A stretch of DNA of 64,000 nucleotides, taken from NCBI GenBank assembly GCA_963785275.1, contig CAWAUY010000015.1, positions 43,228-107,227 of the forward strand, given 5' to 3'. The position numbers and the translations under genes are program-made. Source of the DNA: Candidatus Sulfomarinibacteraceae bacterium. GTDB taxonomy: Bacteria; Acidobacteriota; Thermoanaerobaculia; Thermoanaerobaculales; Sulfomarinibacteraceae. A model generated the notes under the pieces. The model did no database searches. It was not told where the DNA came from and saw only the letters and a list, made by a program, of their open reading frames with translations. Below, in pieces: positions 36,251 through 46,695 of the stretch (the stretch's first letter is position 1; every line of letters begins with the position of its first letter).

Positions 36251-36377
36251 GGGTGGGGCGGTGCCAGAGAAACCATCAATCAAAGTCCCACACGGTTTTG
36301 AGAATCGAAAATGAGATCAATATTCGTAAGGGTTTTCGAAGTTTGACCAATCGTCAGAAGTTTGACAAGATGCGTAC

Positions 36378-36794
36378 ATGAGCAAATTGGAAAGTAAGGC
36401 TGCCGCCGCCCCGACCCGTTGTTGCCCGGCAATGGACAAGTTGATGGCTGAACACGATCAAGAGGGACTTCCCCTTTGGGCGGTCGAGTGCCTCAATCGG
36501 CTTTTTTCGTCCCTCGCCGACCCCACCCGGCTCCGCATCATTCACGCCCTCGCCAACAACGATCGGCTCAACGTCACAGAGCTTGCCAACCACACCGGGC
36601 TGTCGGTGTCCGCCATCTCGCACCAGCTTCGGCTACTCCGAGACCGCTTCCTGCTCAACGCCGATCGCGAAGGTCGCGCGGTCTTCTACAGCCTGGCGGA
36701 CGAGCACGTTCGGACGCTGTTCTGCATCGGGATCGAGCACGCCTACAACGACTGCACCAACAGCCTCCGGCGCGAGGCCGAACGCGAGCGCTGA
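36378..36794 (+). CDS. ArsR/SmtB-family metalloregulator
   Basis: LADPTRLRIIHALANNDRLNVTELANHTGLSVSAISHQLRLLRDRFLL...GRAVFYSLADEHV. It lies adjacent to the Zn-uptake genes. Confidence 0.8.
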   Translation: MSKLESKAAAAPTRCCPAMDKLMAEHDQEGLPLWAVECLNRLFSSLADPTRLRIIHALANNDRLNVTELANHTGLSVSAISHQLRLLRDRFLLNADREGRAVFYSLADEHVRTLFCIGIEHAYNDCTNSLRREAERER

Positions 36795-37630
36795 TCACCG
36801 CCCGCCCCGCAACTCGGTTGTTCGAACAGCTCGAAGAGCCCGGCGGCAACCAACATCAATCCAAGCACGACGACGACGGCGGGGCCGGTCGGCATGTCGA
36901 GGTAGTAGGACCCGACCAGGCCCAACGCCGAGCCGACAACCCCGACCATCCACCCGACCGCGAGCCTCGCACGCATCCCTGCGTGGAGCAGAATCGCGAC
37001 GCAGGCAGGGATCACCAGATAGGCGAAGACCATCAGGATCCCGCCGATGCCCACCGAGAACGTGATCATGACGCCGAAGCTCAGATAGAACAGGAAGTCC
37101 CACCACCGCACGTTCCAGCCGCGGCGGAAGGCCTCATCCGGATCCACCGAAATCAGCAGAAACCGTTCGCGCAATATCCAGTGGAACAGCCCGATGGCCG
37201 CGTAGATCACCGCCACCTTGAACACCGTCGGCCACGTCACCCACAGCAGGGCCCCGGACAGGGTCTCCTTGATGTGCTCGGCTCCTTCGGGCGCCCGGTC
37301 CGCGACCAGGATCGTCGCCGCCGAGGCCACCACGAAGGTGATGCCGATGATCGCTTCCTGCGGAAGTTTCTCCACCCGCACCCGGGTGAGGGCGAAGAGG
37401 GCGGCAGCCAGCGATCGCGAATACGAGGCTGAAAAGGGTCGAGCCGAACTCCCCGGGGTGGTGGCCGAAGGCGAAACCCACCACCGCGCCCAGCGCCGCG
37501 AATTGGGCCACCGCGAGATCGACAAAGAGCACCCGCCGCTCGATGACGTGGATCCCGAAATAGGCGTGGAGACCCACCAGCACCAGGCAGGCGGCAAAGG
37601 GCGCCGCCATGAACTGAGCATCTGGATCAT
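36743..37630 (-). pseudogene. znuB: ABC-3 family metal (Zn/Mn) permease ZnuB-like, frameshifted
   Basis: The N-terminal piece MAAPFAACLVLVGLHAYFGIHVIERRVLFVDLAVAQ (ORF 37134..37610) and the body EAIIGITFVVASAATILV...FAYLVIPACVAILL lie in different frames. The 3' end is unclear and overlaps the convergent regulator. Confidence 0.75.
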
Positions 37631-37658
37631 GGTTGATCTCCCGTTGGGTTCGCGGCCA

Positions 37659-38753
37659 TCAGTGGTGCTCGTTGTGGTGCTTGCCGAGGTGATGTTCCGT
37701 GCTTTCCGGGTGGGCAGCGTCGCCGTCGCGAACCCTCAGGCGCTGGACCCACAGATCGACGAGATCGAAGTAGGTGTCGACGCCCGGTTCGCCGTCCACC
37801 GACATCGGAACCACCACCGGCATGATGCCGGTCCGATCGGCAATCAGCTGCGGTTTGCTGCGTTCGAAGTAGTTGGCCGCGAGCAGCACGTCGATCTCGC
37901 TCGGCCTCGATCCGTTCGATCAGGTCGGCCACGTGGCGCGCGGTCGGCGGGATCCCCGGCTTGGTTTCGACATAGCCCGCCACATCGAGCCCGAAGAGCG
38001 TCGTGAAGTAGACCCAGTTCTTGTGGTAGCACACCAGCTTGCGACCTCGGAACGGCATGGCCTTCTGCGAGCCAGCCACCGAGTCTGATCTGCGTAGCCC
38101 CTGCTCTTCGAGGAAGGGCACGAGACGGCCGCTGCGGGCCAGCGGGTCGAGGGTGTCGACCCCGAGCAGCTCCACCAGCCGGTCTCCGTACAGCCGTCGC
38201 GCCAGACGATCTGTGAAGTCGCGCGAGATTGGCGCGATAGACATCGCAGCCGGCGGGATCGACCTTGCACAGACCGGTGGCGATGTTGCGGGCAACGATA
38301 GCGACATTGATGGGCGAAGTCTGGATGTGCGGGTTGCCGTAGATGTGAACATCACCCGCCGAGCGATCCAGGGAGGCCGGTTTCTCGAGCAGATCGACAC
38401 CCTGCGCCGCCGCCACGTAGCCGATCGCGCCGTCGCCGATTTGGCGGTTGCCCGACTTGTTGACCAACACCGGCGCCCACAGCTCGAGATCGAGCCCGGT
38501 GCTGACGAAGAGGTCGGCGTCGCGAAGCATCAGGGCGTAGGACGGTTTGGGTTTGACGAAATGGGCGTCGGCAGTGACCGGGCACGATCGATTCCGCGGC
38601 CACAAGCCGATCGCCACCCACCTCGCGCGCGATGGCGGCGTAGGTTTCCTGGGTCGTGACCACCTTGACTGTCGCCTCGAGATGTCGACGCGGAGAACAA
38701 GACACCGCCGCCAGAAGGGCTCCGAATACTGTGTGTGAAATCCTCATAGCCAT
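37659..38753 (-). pseudogene. znuA: ZnuA/TroA-family metal-binding lipoprotein, at least 3 frameshifts
   Basis: Pieces: MAMRISHTVFGALLAAVSC...KVVTTQETYAAIAREVGGDRL; DAHFVKPKPSYALMLRDADLFVSTGLDLELW; LVCYHKNWVYFTTLFGLDVAGYVETKPGIPPTARHVADLIE. The tail is His-rich (HPESTEHHLGKHHNEHH). Confidence 0.8.
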
Positions 38754-38757
38754 CACC

Positions 38758-40129
38758 TCAATAACTTTCGTGCTTGTGCGGGCCGGCCGCAAAGGTGAAC
38801 TGGAGCTCGAACCGGTTGTCGGCGCCGTAGATGTTGTGGTCGCGGTAGGAATACTGACCGCGCAGCCTCACGAACTCCGACTGCCAGAACGTCAGGTAGG
38901 GCGAAAGGCCCCAATACTCCTCACCTTCGTGCCGCTGATCCTGGACCCAATCCCCACGCACGCCGGCTGATCCAGCGTCGCGCAAACTTGTACTGGCCGT
39001 AGAGGTAGCCGCCCCAGCTGTTGAGGCTGGTCGCCGTCCTCGAGATCGAGCCACGACTGCAGCAGCATTCCCCGTGCCTCGAAGCCGCGATAGAGCTCCC
39101 GACCCAGCGGGTACCAGTCGTAGGCAAGGTCGAGGGCGACGAAGTCATGTCGAGGTCGCCGTCTGGAATCAGTCCGCCCGAAAAGTCCCGTGAGATCGGC
39201 TTCGAAGTACGTGCTGGTGCTGAGATCCCAGTAGTTCTTCAAAAACACGAGATATCGAGGGCTTCGTCCAGTCCGATCCCGCAAACGCGACCTCGTTGTC
39301 GCCGTCCATGATTTCGACCACCAACTCGTTGGCGTCGGCCCACAGCGCCGGCATCATCCAGTCCACGGACACTCCCGTACCCGACAAGACCGTGCGTCCC
39401 GAAGCTCTCCCGGATGATCCACGGATAGTCGGTCTGGGGCAGGGCGTGCATGTGCCAGCGGTTGAGAATACCGAACTGCTGGCGTTTCTTGCCGACGGTC
39501 AGCGAGGTGTTGCCCGGCAGGTTGATCCAGGTCATATAACCCTCCTCGAGCTCGAAACCACCGTGCTCGTCCTCGTGTTCACCTTCCTCGTGTTCACCGT
39601 CCTCGTGTGCCTCCTCGCCGTAGCCCCAATCGCTGTGGCCACCCTCGTACCCAAACACAACGTGCATCTTGGTGAACGGGTCCAGGTAGGACTGGAAATC
39701 GATCTCGAAGTGACGGGCCTGCATCTGGTTTTTCAAGTTGTCCCCGGCAACGAAGAACAGATCGCCGTTGACCGAAATCTCTGGGTTGAGCTCGGGTTGC
39801 ATGCGGGTCCCCGAGACGAACTCGGTGCCGCTGTCCACCTCCTCGGCAGGCGCCTCGGACGCGGCTTCAGCTGCCGCAGCCTGCCGCAGGTGGTCGAGTT
39901 CCGACTGCTCCTTGTGGACCTCTTGCTGCGCCATGAGGGCTTCGAGTTGCTTTTGCATGGCCTGCAACTGTTGTGTCAGTTGGTCGATCTGCCGCTGCAG
40001 TGCCTCAGTCGTCGGCGGCTGTACCGGTTCGGTGACCGGTGGAGATGTGTCCTGCGCCAAGGCGGGGCCTGCCGCCAGGAGTCCGGCCGCCAACCACGGT
40101 ACGACGCCGCGAATCCACCACTTTTTCAT
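38758..40129 (-). pseudogene. Outer-membrane porin-like beta-barrel with coiled-coil N-terminus and His/Glu-rich loop, at least 4 frameshifts
   Basis: Signal MKKWWIRGVVPWLAAGLLAAGPALA, then coiled coil QRQIDQLTQQLQAMQKQLEALMAQQ. The loop reads EEAHEDGEHEEGEHEDEHGG. The C-terminal strand piece is RGQYSYRDHNIYGADNRFELQFTFAAG. Confidence 0.6.
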
Positions 40130-40174
40130 CGTGTCTCCCCTCGTTCTTGTTGTCGTTCGGGTCCTCGAGCCGCT

Positions 40175-40558
40175 TCAGGCGACGGCTGGTGGACCTCGCA
40201 ACAAGGGGAGGTGCGCCCGGCTTCGCGATCGGACATCATCCGCTCGTTCAGCCGCGAGCGCGGAGACCGGCTGCGCCCCGGAAAGCGCTGCGATCGATGG
40301 GGCTGCAGCATGGAAGGTGCCCGCAAGACAAGCCAGGCAGGGATGTGGGGCTAGAATCCGGCCCGCACCATGGAGATGGACCTCATGTGAACCGGGGGCG
40401 GAGGCTGAACAGGCCAGTGCCTCTTGCGGAATCCGGGTGTCGCTGTGGTTGTGCGGCAGAGCCTGCAGAAGACCCAGCCACGGCAGCAGCGTGACCGTCA
40501 GCACAACCAAAACAACATGAGCCCGCGATCTCACCGCACCATCTTGCAAACGCTCCAC
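40175..40558 (-). CDS. DUF2946-like small membrane-anchored Cys/His protein
   Basis: One TM helix (VVLVVLTVTLLPWLGLL), then HNHSD, HEVHLH and HPCLACLAG. It is first in the Zn cluster. Confidence 0.45.
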   Translation of the reverse strand: MERLQDGAVRSRAHVVLVVLTVTLLPWLGLLQALPHNHSDTRIPQEALACSASAPGSHEVHLHGAGRILAPHPCLACLAGTFHAAAPSIAALSGAQPVSALAAERADDVRSRSRAHLPLLRGPPAVA

Positions 40559-40575
40559 CCAGATGTCAACATCCC

Positions 40576-40929
40576 ATGTGTCCGTTAGACTCTGTGTGTG
40601 TGGCCAATCAATCAGGCGCCTCGGAGGACACGGTGGAAAAAGCCGACATCCAGAAAATGTACGAGTGGATCCAGGGTCGAGTGCGGTTGACGCCGGGTTT
40701 GGACGAGCCGGTCATAGCCTTTGACGCACCAACGGCAGAGGATTTCAAGGACTGCGGTTTCAGCGAGGACGACACTGCCTTGAGTCTCGGGTCGGCGTGG
40801 TGGCCTCAGATGGTGGTCGACATCATCGAAACACCCGAGTACGCCGAGCCCGACGAGTCGCCGGAGCAGGTCCTGCGGTACGCCCGCGACGTCGTCGTGG
40901 AGTATTTTCGGAAGCGACTCGGAACCTGA
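40576..40929 (+). CDS. Acidic hypothetical protein
   Basis: An ORF with coding-like composition and no recognisable motifs. The start is uncertain. Confidence 0.35.
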   Translation: MCPLDSVCVANQSGASEDTVEKADIQKMYEWIQGRVRLTPGLDEPVIAFDAPTAEDFKDCGFSEDDTALSLGSAWWPQMVVDIIETPEYAEPDESPEQVLRYARDVVVEYFRKRLGT

Positions 40930-40971
40930 AAGGGTGCAGGATGCAGCCAGAAACCGTGAATCCAGCGTCCC

Positions 40972-41007
40972 GTGACCTGGATCCTGAGCCCTGAACCCTG
41001 GAACCTG
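40972..41007. repeat. Tandem heptamers NNNCCTG x5 between convergent genes
   Basis: GTGACCTG GATCCTG AGCCCTG AACCCTG GAACCTG. Confidence 0.7.
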
Positions 41008-41021
41008 TCTCCTCGCTCGGT

Positions 41022-41660
41022 CTAAATCTCTGACTCAGCCATGCCCATTTCGCCGGGAGGCGCCTCGACCCAGAACCAGCCCCGGAGATCTCCCTCCGAA
41101 AAGCCAACGGCATGGTCGTCCGGGTAGGCCTCGAGAATGGCCGCCATGACCTCCTCGTCAATTGCCTCCGCCGGCCCGTGGCACATCTGGCACTCGGCCT
41201 TGAGGCGGATCGGCAACAGGGCGCCGAGCTCACCCTCGGGACCACCGACCCAGGTCGGGTCCTCCACCATGTCCGCGACGTAGGTCTCGGCCCACGCCGG
41301 TGCCACATTGGCGGCGTTGCGCAGCCGATTGGACGTTCGACCGATCCCGACGCCGTAGGTCTCGGTCACGCGGGCCGCGACCGCCGGAGCCTTGTCTCGG
41401 CAGACACCGATCCCACCCGCCGGTCCGCTTTCGTCGAGCGCAGCCATCAGCTCGCCCATCATCTCGGAAGCCAGCGCATTGGTGGCAGTCAGGATCAACT
41501 CCTGCTGGGCTTTCTGAGTGTCGGTCATCAGACCGGGCAGGACCCGCTCCCACTCCGGCACAATCACCTCTTCCACCACAACCGGTTCCTCAGCCTGCTG
41601 TGCACATCCGAAAAAACCGAGGCAGCACACCACAACGATCGCAAAGACCACCTTCATCAC
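41022..41660 (-). CDS. DUF3365 (Tll0287-like) haem-binding lipoprotein
   Basis: Lipobox LGFFGC, a CQMCHG haem motif and DUF3365-like GIGVCRDKAPAVA...GRTSNRLRN. Confidence 0.7.
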   Translation of the reverse strand: MMKVVFAIVVVCCLGFFGCAQQAEEPVVVEEVIVPEWERVLPGLMTDTQKAQQELILTATNALASEMMGELMAALDESGPAGGIGVCRDKAPAVAARVTETYGVGIGRTSNRLRNAANVAPAWAETYVADMVEDPTWVGGPEGELGALLPIRLKAECQMCHGPAEAIDEEVMAAILEAYPDDHAVGFSEGDLRGWFWVEAPPGEMGMAESEI

Positions 41661-41789
41661 GTCCTCCTATTGCGAAAAAGCCCCAACTGCGGAACTTGCG
41701 GGGAGTTGCAGGGACCCCGGGGCGACTTCCGTCCCGGGCATATTTCGATGAGATCATCGTAAAGATCATCGGCCCGCCGATGAAAGTTG

Positions 41790-42422
41790 TCAAACCGGGT
41801 TCTCGACCCCCGCATCATGGGCGAGGGCTCCAAGCGTTCTCCTGGCATCGTCACCGGTCACCACGCCGAGAGGAAGATAGGCGACCATCCACGCCTGGCT
41901 GGTCGCAGGTTCGACCATCACCCGGGTGCTCCCTGTGATGGGCGCGTCTACCGGGCCGGTTTCGTCCACCAACAGAGGTTTATTCTCGAGATTGAACGGC
42001 CCCCTCAGAGACTCGTAACTCTCGCCTGCGGCCCCAGCGCGAAAAACCAGGTGTGACCCGAAACTGCCCTCACGCATGACACAGCACGGTACGCCGAGCT
42101 CGGCGGAGAGACAGTTGTTGACGTCGACCAGCGGGTGGATGGCGGGCAATTCGGCGCCCTTGACGAGCCGCCGCAACAGAGCCTCCGACGACGGGCGATA
42201 GCGGGTGGGGTCGCAACCGGCGGCGCGAAAAAGCTTGCGCAGGGCAGCAATCGGTGGCGACGCAGCGATCTCGGACGCGTCCGAGTACCGCTGCCGAACC
42301 CCCTCGACCACCCGCCGCCGCACAGCGGGCAGCTCGCCGTGATCCCCGCCCGACGCCAACCTGGCCCAGAAGAGCTCCCACCCCTCGAGCTCGACGCGGA
42401 CATCAAACGGCGCGGTATTCAT
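41790..42422 (-). CDS. B3/B4 tRNA-binding-domain protein
   Basis: AALRKLFRAAGCDPTRYRPSSEALLRRLVKGAELPAIHPLVDVNNCLSAELGVPCCV matches the B3_4 domain pattern. Confidence 0.7.
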   Translation of the reverse strand: MNTAPFDVRVELEGWELFWARLASGGDHGELPAVRRRVVEGVRQRYSDASEIAASPPIAALRKLFRAAGCDPTRYRPSSEALLRRLVKGAELPAIHPLVDVNNCLSAELGVPCCVMREGSFGSHLVFRAGAAGESYESLRGPFNLENKPLLVDETGPVDAPITGSTRVMVEPATSQAWMVAYLPLGVVTGDDARRTLGALAHDAGVENPV

Positions 42423-42534
42423 GGCGCCACTTTACACGCACCAGTCTGAAGGTGGGCCAAGGCCCACCCTACTCAGGATCGACACATCGAGCGGGCCCTT
42501 GGGGTGGGCTTCAGCCCACCATCAGAGGCGTTCA

Positions 42535-42960
42535 TCACCCTCGTTGGCGCACTTCATCGACCAACCTTTTACGGATGTCGTCGCGCACCGAGCGGAACAC
42601 GTTCATGATTTCTTCGTCGGACCCGCCCGCATCGGCCGGGTCTGGAAAGGAGATGTGAAGGCTCTCCACGGGTCGCGGGAAGATCGGACACGTCTCCTTC
42701 GCCGAGTCGCAGACCGTGATCACGAGGTCCCACGGCGCATCGAGATACCGATCCACGCTTTCGGGCGTGCCTTCCGAGATGTCGATTCCGACCTCGGCCA
42801 TGGCTGTGATCGCACGGGGATGCACCTGCTCGGCCGGCCGTGTGCCTGCCGACCGAGCGATCCAGGTCCCCGCCAGTTTGTGGTTCACCCAGCCTTCGGC
42901 CATCTGCGAGCGGCAGGAATTGCCCGTGCAGAGTATGAGAACACGTTTCGCTTCGGTCAT
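42535..42960 (-). CDS. arsC: Arsenate reductase, LMW-phosphatase (thioredoxin-coupled) type
   Basis: MTEAKRVLILCTGNSCRSQMAEGW has the CX5R P-loop. VITVCD...CP supplies the downstream cysteines. Confidence 0.85.
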   Translation of the reverse strand: MTEAKRVLILCTGNSCRSQMAEGWVNHKLAGTWIARSAGTRPAEQVHPRAITAMAEVGIDISEGTPESVDRYLDAPWDLVITVCDSAKETCPIFPRPVESLHISFPDPADAGGSDEEIMNVFRSVRDDIRKRLVDEVRQRG

Positions 42961-43008
42961 TCCAATCTCCCCCAATGACACTCCTACATGTCGCGGGTTG
43001 ACAAAAAG

Positions 43009-43055
43009 ATGACGTCGGAATTGAAATCCGCGGTTTTTGTAGCCCGCGCCCGATA
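43009..43055 (+). pseudogene. Remnant of an arsR 5' end
   Basis: MTSELKSAVFVARA parallels [14 protein letters not shown] of the intact arsR at 44592. The upstream DNA is also alignable. Similarity is lost after about 15 codons. Confidence 0.45.
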
Positions 43056-43142
43056 CCTCCCATCAACCGCGCCACCGGCCGGACAAGCTCAAGCGCACTG
43101 CCTTTCTCAGGCCACTGAGTGCCGAGAGGCCGCGCGCCATTC

Positions 43143-44336
43143 TCAACGGAGCCCTCGAAGATACAAGGCTGTCGTTGCCCAATTCGCAAGTATCGTCACC
43201 GCGCCGAAGAGGAACATCCCAACACTCATCAGCGCCCACCCCGATACGATGTTTCCGATCACGCAGCCCGTTCCCAGCGCGGCGCCGACGCCGACGAGGA
43301 AGCCGCCGAGAATCGCCACCAGCACCTGCTCAGGCGGCTTGGGCAACAGCTTCGCCTGGCCCGACAATCGTCCGGAGACATTTGAACCCACCATGAGTCC
43401 AGCGACCAGAAGCACCAGCCACCAGACCACTTTTTTTGTCGGCACAGGTTGAGCGGGTTCTGCCTGATCTGCGGAAACGATATTCAATGGCGCCGGACCA
43501 ACGACGTGCTGGACCGGTGCGTCGGTCACAAGCACAGACGCGAAGAGCACACCGTGCGTTACGCCGAGAGGATAGTTGCGGCCGGTTGCGGCCGATGACA
43601 GATAGGCCGGCAACGCCAAAAGCCCAATAGCGATTCCGGCCTGCCACGGCCGCCATGAGTGGGTGAGGAAGCCTCCGCGCCCTTTTCGATCGGACGGAGC
43701 GGTGACATCGTCGGAACTCCGGCGGCGGGCGATCACCACAACGCCGACAATCGTCGTCGCCGCGATCAGCAGCGCCAGCAACCAGAACGGAAGACCGGTC
43801 AGCGACGACAGAGTCACCGGGCCGCCGTCAGTGGCAGGTATTTTCGTTCCCTTGAGGCGAACGAACCAGTCGTGCAGCGGGCCATACTCCACCGACCCGA
43901 TCCCGGCGGGCATCGCCAGCAGTGCCACGATGGAGTTGAGGTTGCCGGTTGCACCCTTGTAAAGGCAGCCGCTGACGCAGCCTCCGGCGAGCACCATCCC
44001 GATCCCGAAGACGATTCCACCGACAATTGCCGAACCCCACATCAGGGGCTTCGGGTTGAGCTGGATCCACCCCAGGAGGTCTCCGGCTGCGATTACGACC
44101 ATACCCACTACGATTGCCACCCACAGACCCCACACCTTGCGCCAGTCCCGGGTCAGCACGACCTCGCTGAAGGCTGACGCGCCGCACAGGTCTCCCTTTT
44201 GCAGGAAGAAGCCAAAGAGGACCCCGATTGGGATCGCGGTCAATACCCAACGCCCGGTCGCCCACGCGAAAATACCGACCACGGTGACCACCAGGGCGAT
44301 CAACACGGCTGTCGCTTTCCCCTGTTTCCGGCTCAT
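43143..44336 (-). CDS. YeeE/YedE-family (sulfur-compound transport-like) membrane protein
   Basis: Intact 397 aa with FLQKGDLCGASAF and MVLAGGCVSGCLYKG motifs in both halves. Confidence 0.8.
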   Translation of the reverse strand: MSRKQGKATAVLIALVVTVVGIFAWATGRWVLTAIPIGVLFGFFLQKGDLCGASAFSEVVLTRDWRKVWGLWVAIVVGMVVIAAGDLLGWIQLNPKPLMWGSAIVGGIVFGIGMVLAGGCVSGCLYKGATGNLNSIVALLAMPAGIGSVEYGPLHDWFVRLKGTKIPATDGGPVTLSSLTGLPFWLLALLIAATTIVGVVVIARRRSSDDVTAPSDRKGRGGFLTHSWRPWQAGIAIGLLALPAYLSSAATGRNYPLGVTHGVLFASVLVTDAPVQHVVGPAPLNIVSADQAEPAQPVPTKKVVWWLVLLVAGLMVGSNVSGRLSGQAKLLPKPPEQVLVAILGGFLVGVGAALGTGCVIGNIVSGWALMSVGMFLFGAVTILANWATTALYLRGLR

Positions 44337-44384
44337 TGCGCACCTCCTTCAACCCGTCCGGGCGACCAGGCCGCCCAGCGGTCA

Positions 44385-44533
44385 GATCAGATAGGACGTC
44401 GACCGCGAGGTCTCATAAACACCAACAGCGATGAAGACGACCGCAGTTTTTCGTCGTTCACCCACCCTTCGGCCATCTGCGATCTGCAGGACTTGCCCGT
44501 GCAGAGCACCAGAACTCGCTTCGACGCGGCCAC
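44385..44533 (-). pseudogene. Remnant of a second arsC (first ~30 codons conserved)
   Basis: VAASKRVLVLCTGKSCRSQMAEGWVNDE then degenerates to a stop about 50 nt before the YeeE start. Confidence 0.6.
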
Positions 44534-44591
44534 CCTCACTTCCTCGGTTGACATTCCTGACGCACACTACTACATTTCGCGAGTTGACGAA

Positions 44592-45020
44592 ATGATGCAA
44601 GGCCAACTGGAATCCGCAGTCGCCGTCGCGCGAGCCCTCGGTCACCCGGCCAGACTCCGCACCGTGGCCGTCCTGCACACCGGCGAACTCTGCGTGTGCC
44701 AGATCACCGAGATCCTCAAACTCGCGCCATCCACCGTATCCGCCCACCTCAAAGAACTCAAACGAGCCGGTCTGACCGTCGAACGCAAGGAGGGGCGGTG
44801 GGTTCACATCGGGCTGGCGGAGGACGCGAACCTTCGAAGACTGATCGATGCTGCGCTGTCGACGCTGGCAGATGATCCGCAGGTCGTCGAAGACGCTTCA
44901 TTCGTCGAGGACCTGCGGGGATTGCCGGTCGAGATGCTGTGCCGCCTCGGATACGACGGGGCGCGAATCGAACTCGAAAAAAGTCAAAGCGCCGATGCTC
45001 GACCCCCGACTACGGAGTAA
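44592..45020 (+). CDS. arsR: ArsR-family arsenic-responsive repressor
   Basis: [56 protein letters not shown]. Contains the CVC metalloid site. Confidence 0.85.
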   Translation: MMQGQLESAVAVARALGHPARLRTVAVLHTGELCVCQITEILKLAPSTVSAHLKELKRAGLTVERKEGRWVHIGLAEDANLRRLIDAALSTLADDPQVVEDASFVEDLRGLPVEMLCRLGYDGARIELEKSQSADARPPTTE

Positions 45021-45022
45021 CC

Positions 45023-46072
45023 ATGTCAGCCAACGACAGCGTATCGAAACGCCTCTCGCTCCTCGACCGCTACCTCACCCTGTGGATCTTCGTCGCCATG
45101 CTTGTCGGTGTCGGCTGGGGTTGGTCGCGGCCTGAAATCGCCGGCTTCTGGAACCGCTTCTCGGTCGGCACCACCAACATTCCTATCGCCATCGGCCTCA
45201 TATTGATGATGTATCCACCACTGGCCAAGGTCCGCTACGAGGAGATGGGACGGGTCTTCAAAGACTGGAAGGTTCTGTTGCTGTCTCTGGTTCAGAACTG
45301 GATTATCGGCCCGGTGCTGATGTTTCTCCTCGCCATTGCGCTGCTCGCCGACAAACCCGAGTACATGGTGGGCCTGATCCTCATCGGCCTCGCCCGCTGC
45401 ATCGCAATGGTCATCGTGTGGAACGAGCTCGCTGGCGGCGACAGCGAATACTGCGCGGGGTTGGTGGCTTTCAACTCGATCTTCCAGGTGTTGTTCTTTT
45501 CGGTCTATGCCTGGTTCTTCATCACCATCCTGCCGCCGCTCTTCGGTCTCGAGGGCGTCGCCGTTCAGGTCACCATCGGCGAGATCGCCCAAAGCGTCTT
45601 CATCTATCTCGGCATCCCATTTCTGGCCGGCGTCATCACGCGCTTCGTGCTGATCGCTCGCAAGGGCAAGGAGTGGTATCAAGAAGTCTTCATTCCGAGG
45701 ATCAGTCCCCTCACCCTGATCGCTCTCTTGTTCACCATCGTCATCATGTTTTCGCTCAAGGGCGAGGTCATCGTCGACTTGCCCTTCGATGTGGTGCGGA
45801 TCGCCGTTCCTCTGACGATCTACTTCGTATTGATGTTCTTTGTCTCGTTCTTCATGTCGAAGAAGGTCGGGGCCGACTACGGCCGCTCCGCGACCCTGTC
45901 GTTCACTGCCGCATCCAATAATTTCGAGCTCGCCATCGCTGTCGCCATCGCCACCTTCGGCATCTCCTCCGGCGTCGCCTTCGCAGCGGTCATCGGGCCG
46001 TTGGTCGAGGTCCCGGTTCTGATCGGGCTGGTCAACGTCTCGCTGTGGATCCGTGGGCGATACTTTGCCTGA
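45023..46072 (+). CDS. acr3: ACR3-family arsenite efflux permease
   Basis: Starts 2 nt after the arsR stop. [38 protein letters not shown] and [16 protein letters not shown] are all typical of ACR3. Confidence 0.9.
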   Translation: MSANDSVSKRLSLLDRYLTLWIFVAMLVGVGWGWSRPEIAGFWNRFSVGTTNIPIAIGLILMMYPPLAKVRYEEMGRVFKDWKVLLLSLVQNWIIGPVLMFLLAIALLADKPEYMVGLILIGLARCIAMVIVWNELAGGDSEYCAGLVAFNSIFQVLFFSVYAWFFITILPPLFGLEGVAVQVTIGEIAQSVFIYLGIPFLAGVITRFVLIARKGKEWYQEVFIPRISPLTLIALLFTIVIMFSLKGEVIVDLPFDVVRIAVPLTIYFVLMFFVSFFMSKKVGADYGRSATLSFTAASNNFELAIAVAIATFGISSGVAFAAVIGPLVEVPVLIGLVNVSLWIRGRYFA

Positions 46073-46113
46073 AAAACCCGGTAAGATATACGGCCCGAGT
46101 GGAGGACCGCAGC

Positions 46114-46407
46114 ATGCTCAAGGGATCACAACGAACTCGTCTTCGCGGACTGGCACACGGCTACCGGCCGGCGGTCCAGATCGGCAAGGGCGGTCTTACT
46201 GACAGTGTCGTGGCCGCCATCGACGCCGCGCTGACCGCGAGCGAATTGATCAAGGTGCAAATATTCACCGCCCGCGACGAACGCCAGCAGATCGCCGACG
46301 CGATTGAAGAGCGCCTGGACTGCGAGTGTGCCGGAGCTGTCGGCCGCATGGCCATCTTCTACCGTCAGCATCCGGATCCGGAAAAGCGCCACATCGATAT
46401 CGGATGA
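46114..46407 (+). CDS. yhbY: YhbY-like CRM-domain RNA-binding protein
   Basis: GGAGGA RBS. LRGLAHGYRPAVQIGKGGLTDSVVAAIDAALTASELIKVQI. Confidence 0.75.
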   Translation: MLKGSQRTRLRGLAHGYRPAVQIGKGGLTDSVVAAIDAALTASELIKVQIFTARDERQQIADAIEERLDCECAGAVGRMAIFYRQHPDPEKRHIDIG

Positions 46408-46497
46408 AGCCGAATTGCGTTCGACTCCCCAGGGCCTGGGGATGGAATAGGTCGCCGCCGCGAGGCGTAGAATGTGTGACAGAACGAAGGAGGTCGC

Positions 46498-46695
46498 ATG
46501 GCCACAGGTAAACTTCAACGTTCCACATCCAACCGCATGATCGCCGGCGTGTGCGGAGGCATCGCCGACTGGCTGGGCTGGAGCCCGACCATGGTGCGGG
46601 TGCTCTACGTCGTGGGCTCGATCATCTCCGTAGCATTCCCGGGAATCCTGGTGTATCTGATTCTCTGGTTTGTGATGCCGAACGCGTCGGCCTAG
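46498..46695 (+). CDS. PspC-domain membrane protein
   Basis: GAAGGAGG RBS. RMIAGVCGGIADWLGWSPTMVRVLYVVGSI, then one TM helix. Confidence 0.8.
   Translation: MATGKLQRSTSNRMIAGVCGGIADWLGWSPTMVRVLYVVGSIISVAFPGILVYLILWFVMPNASA

Noticed and set aside
36250-36378. SmtB/ArsR operator upstream of the regulator (TTCGAAAA...TTTTCGAA)
   Set aside because: The arms are only 7 nt, separated by about 22 nt, in an AT-richer region. That is too weak to call without a search or footprint.
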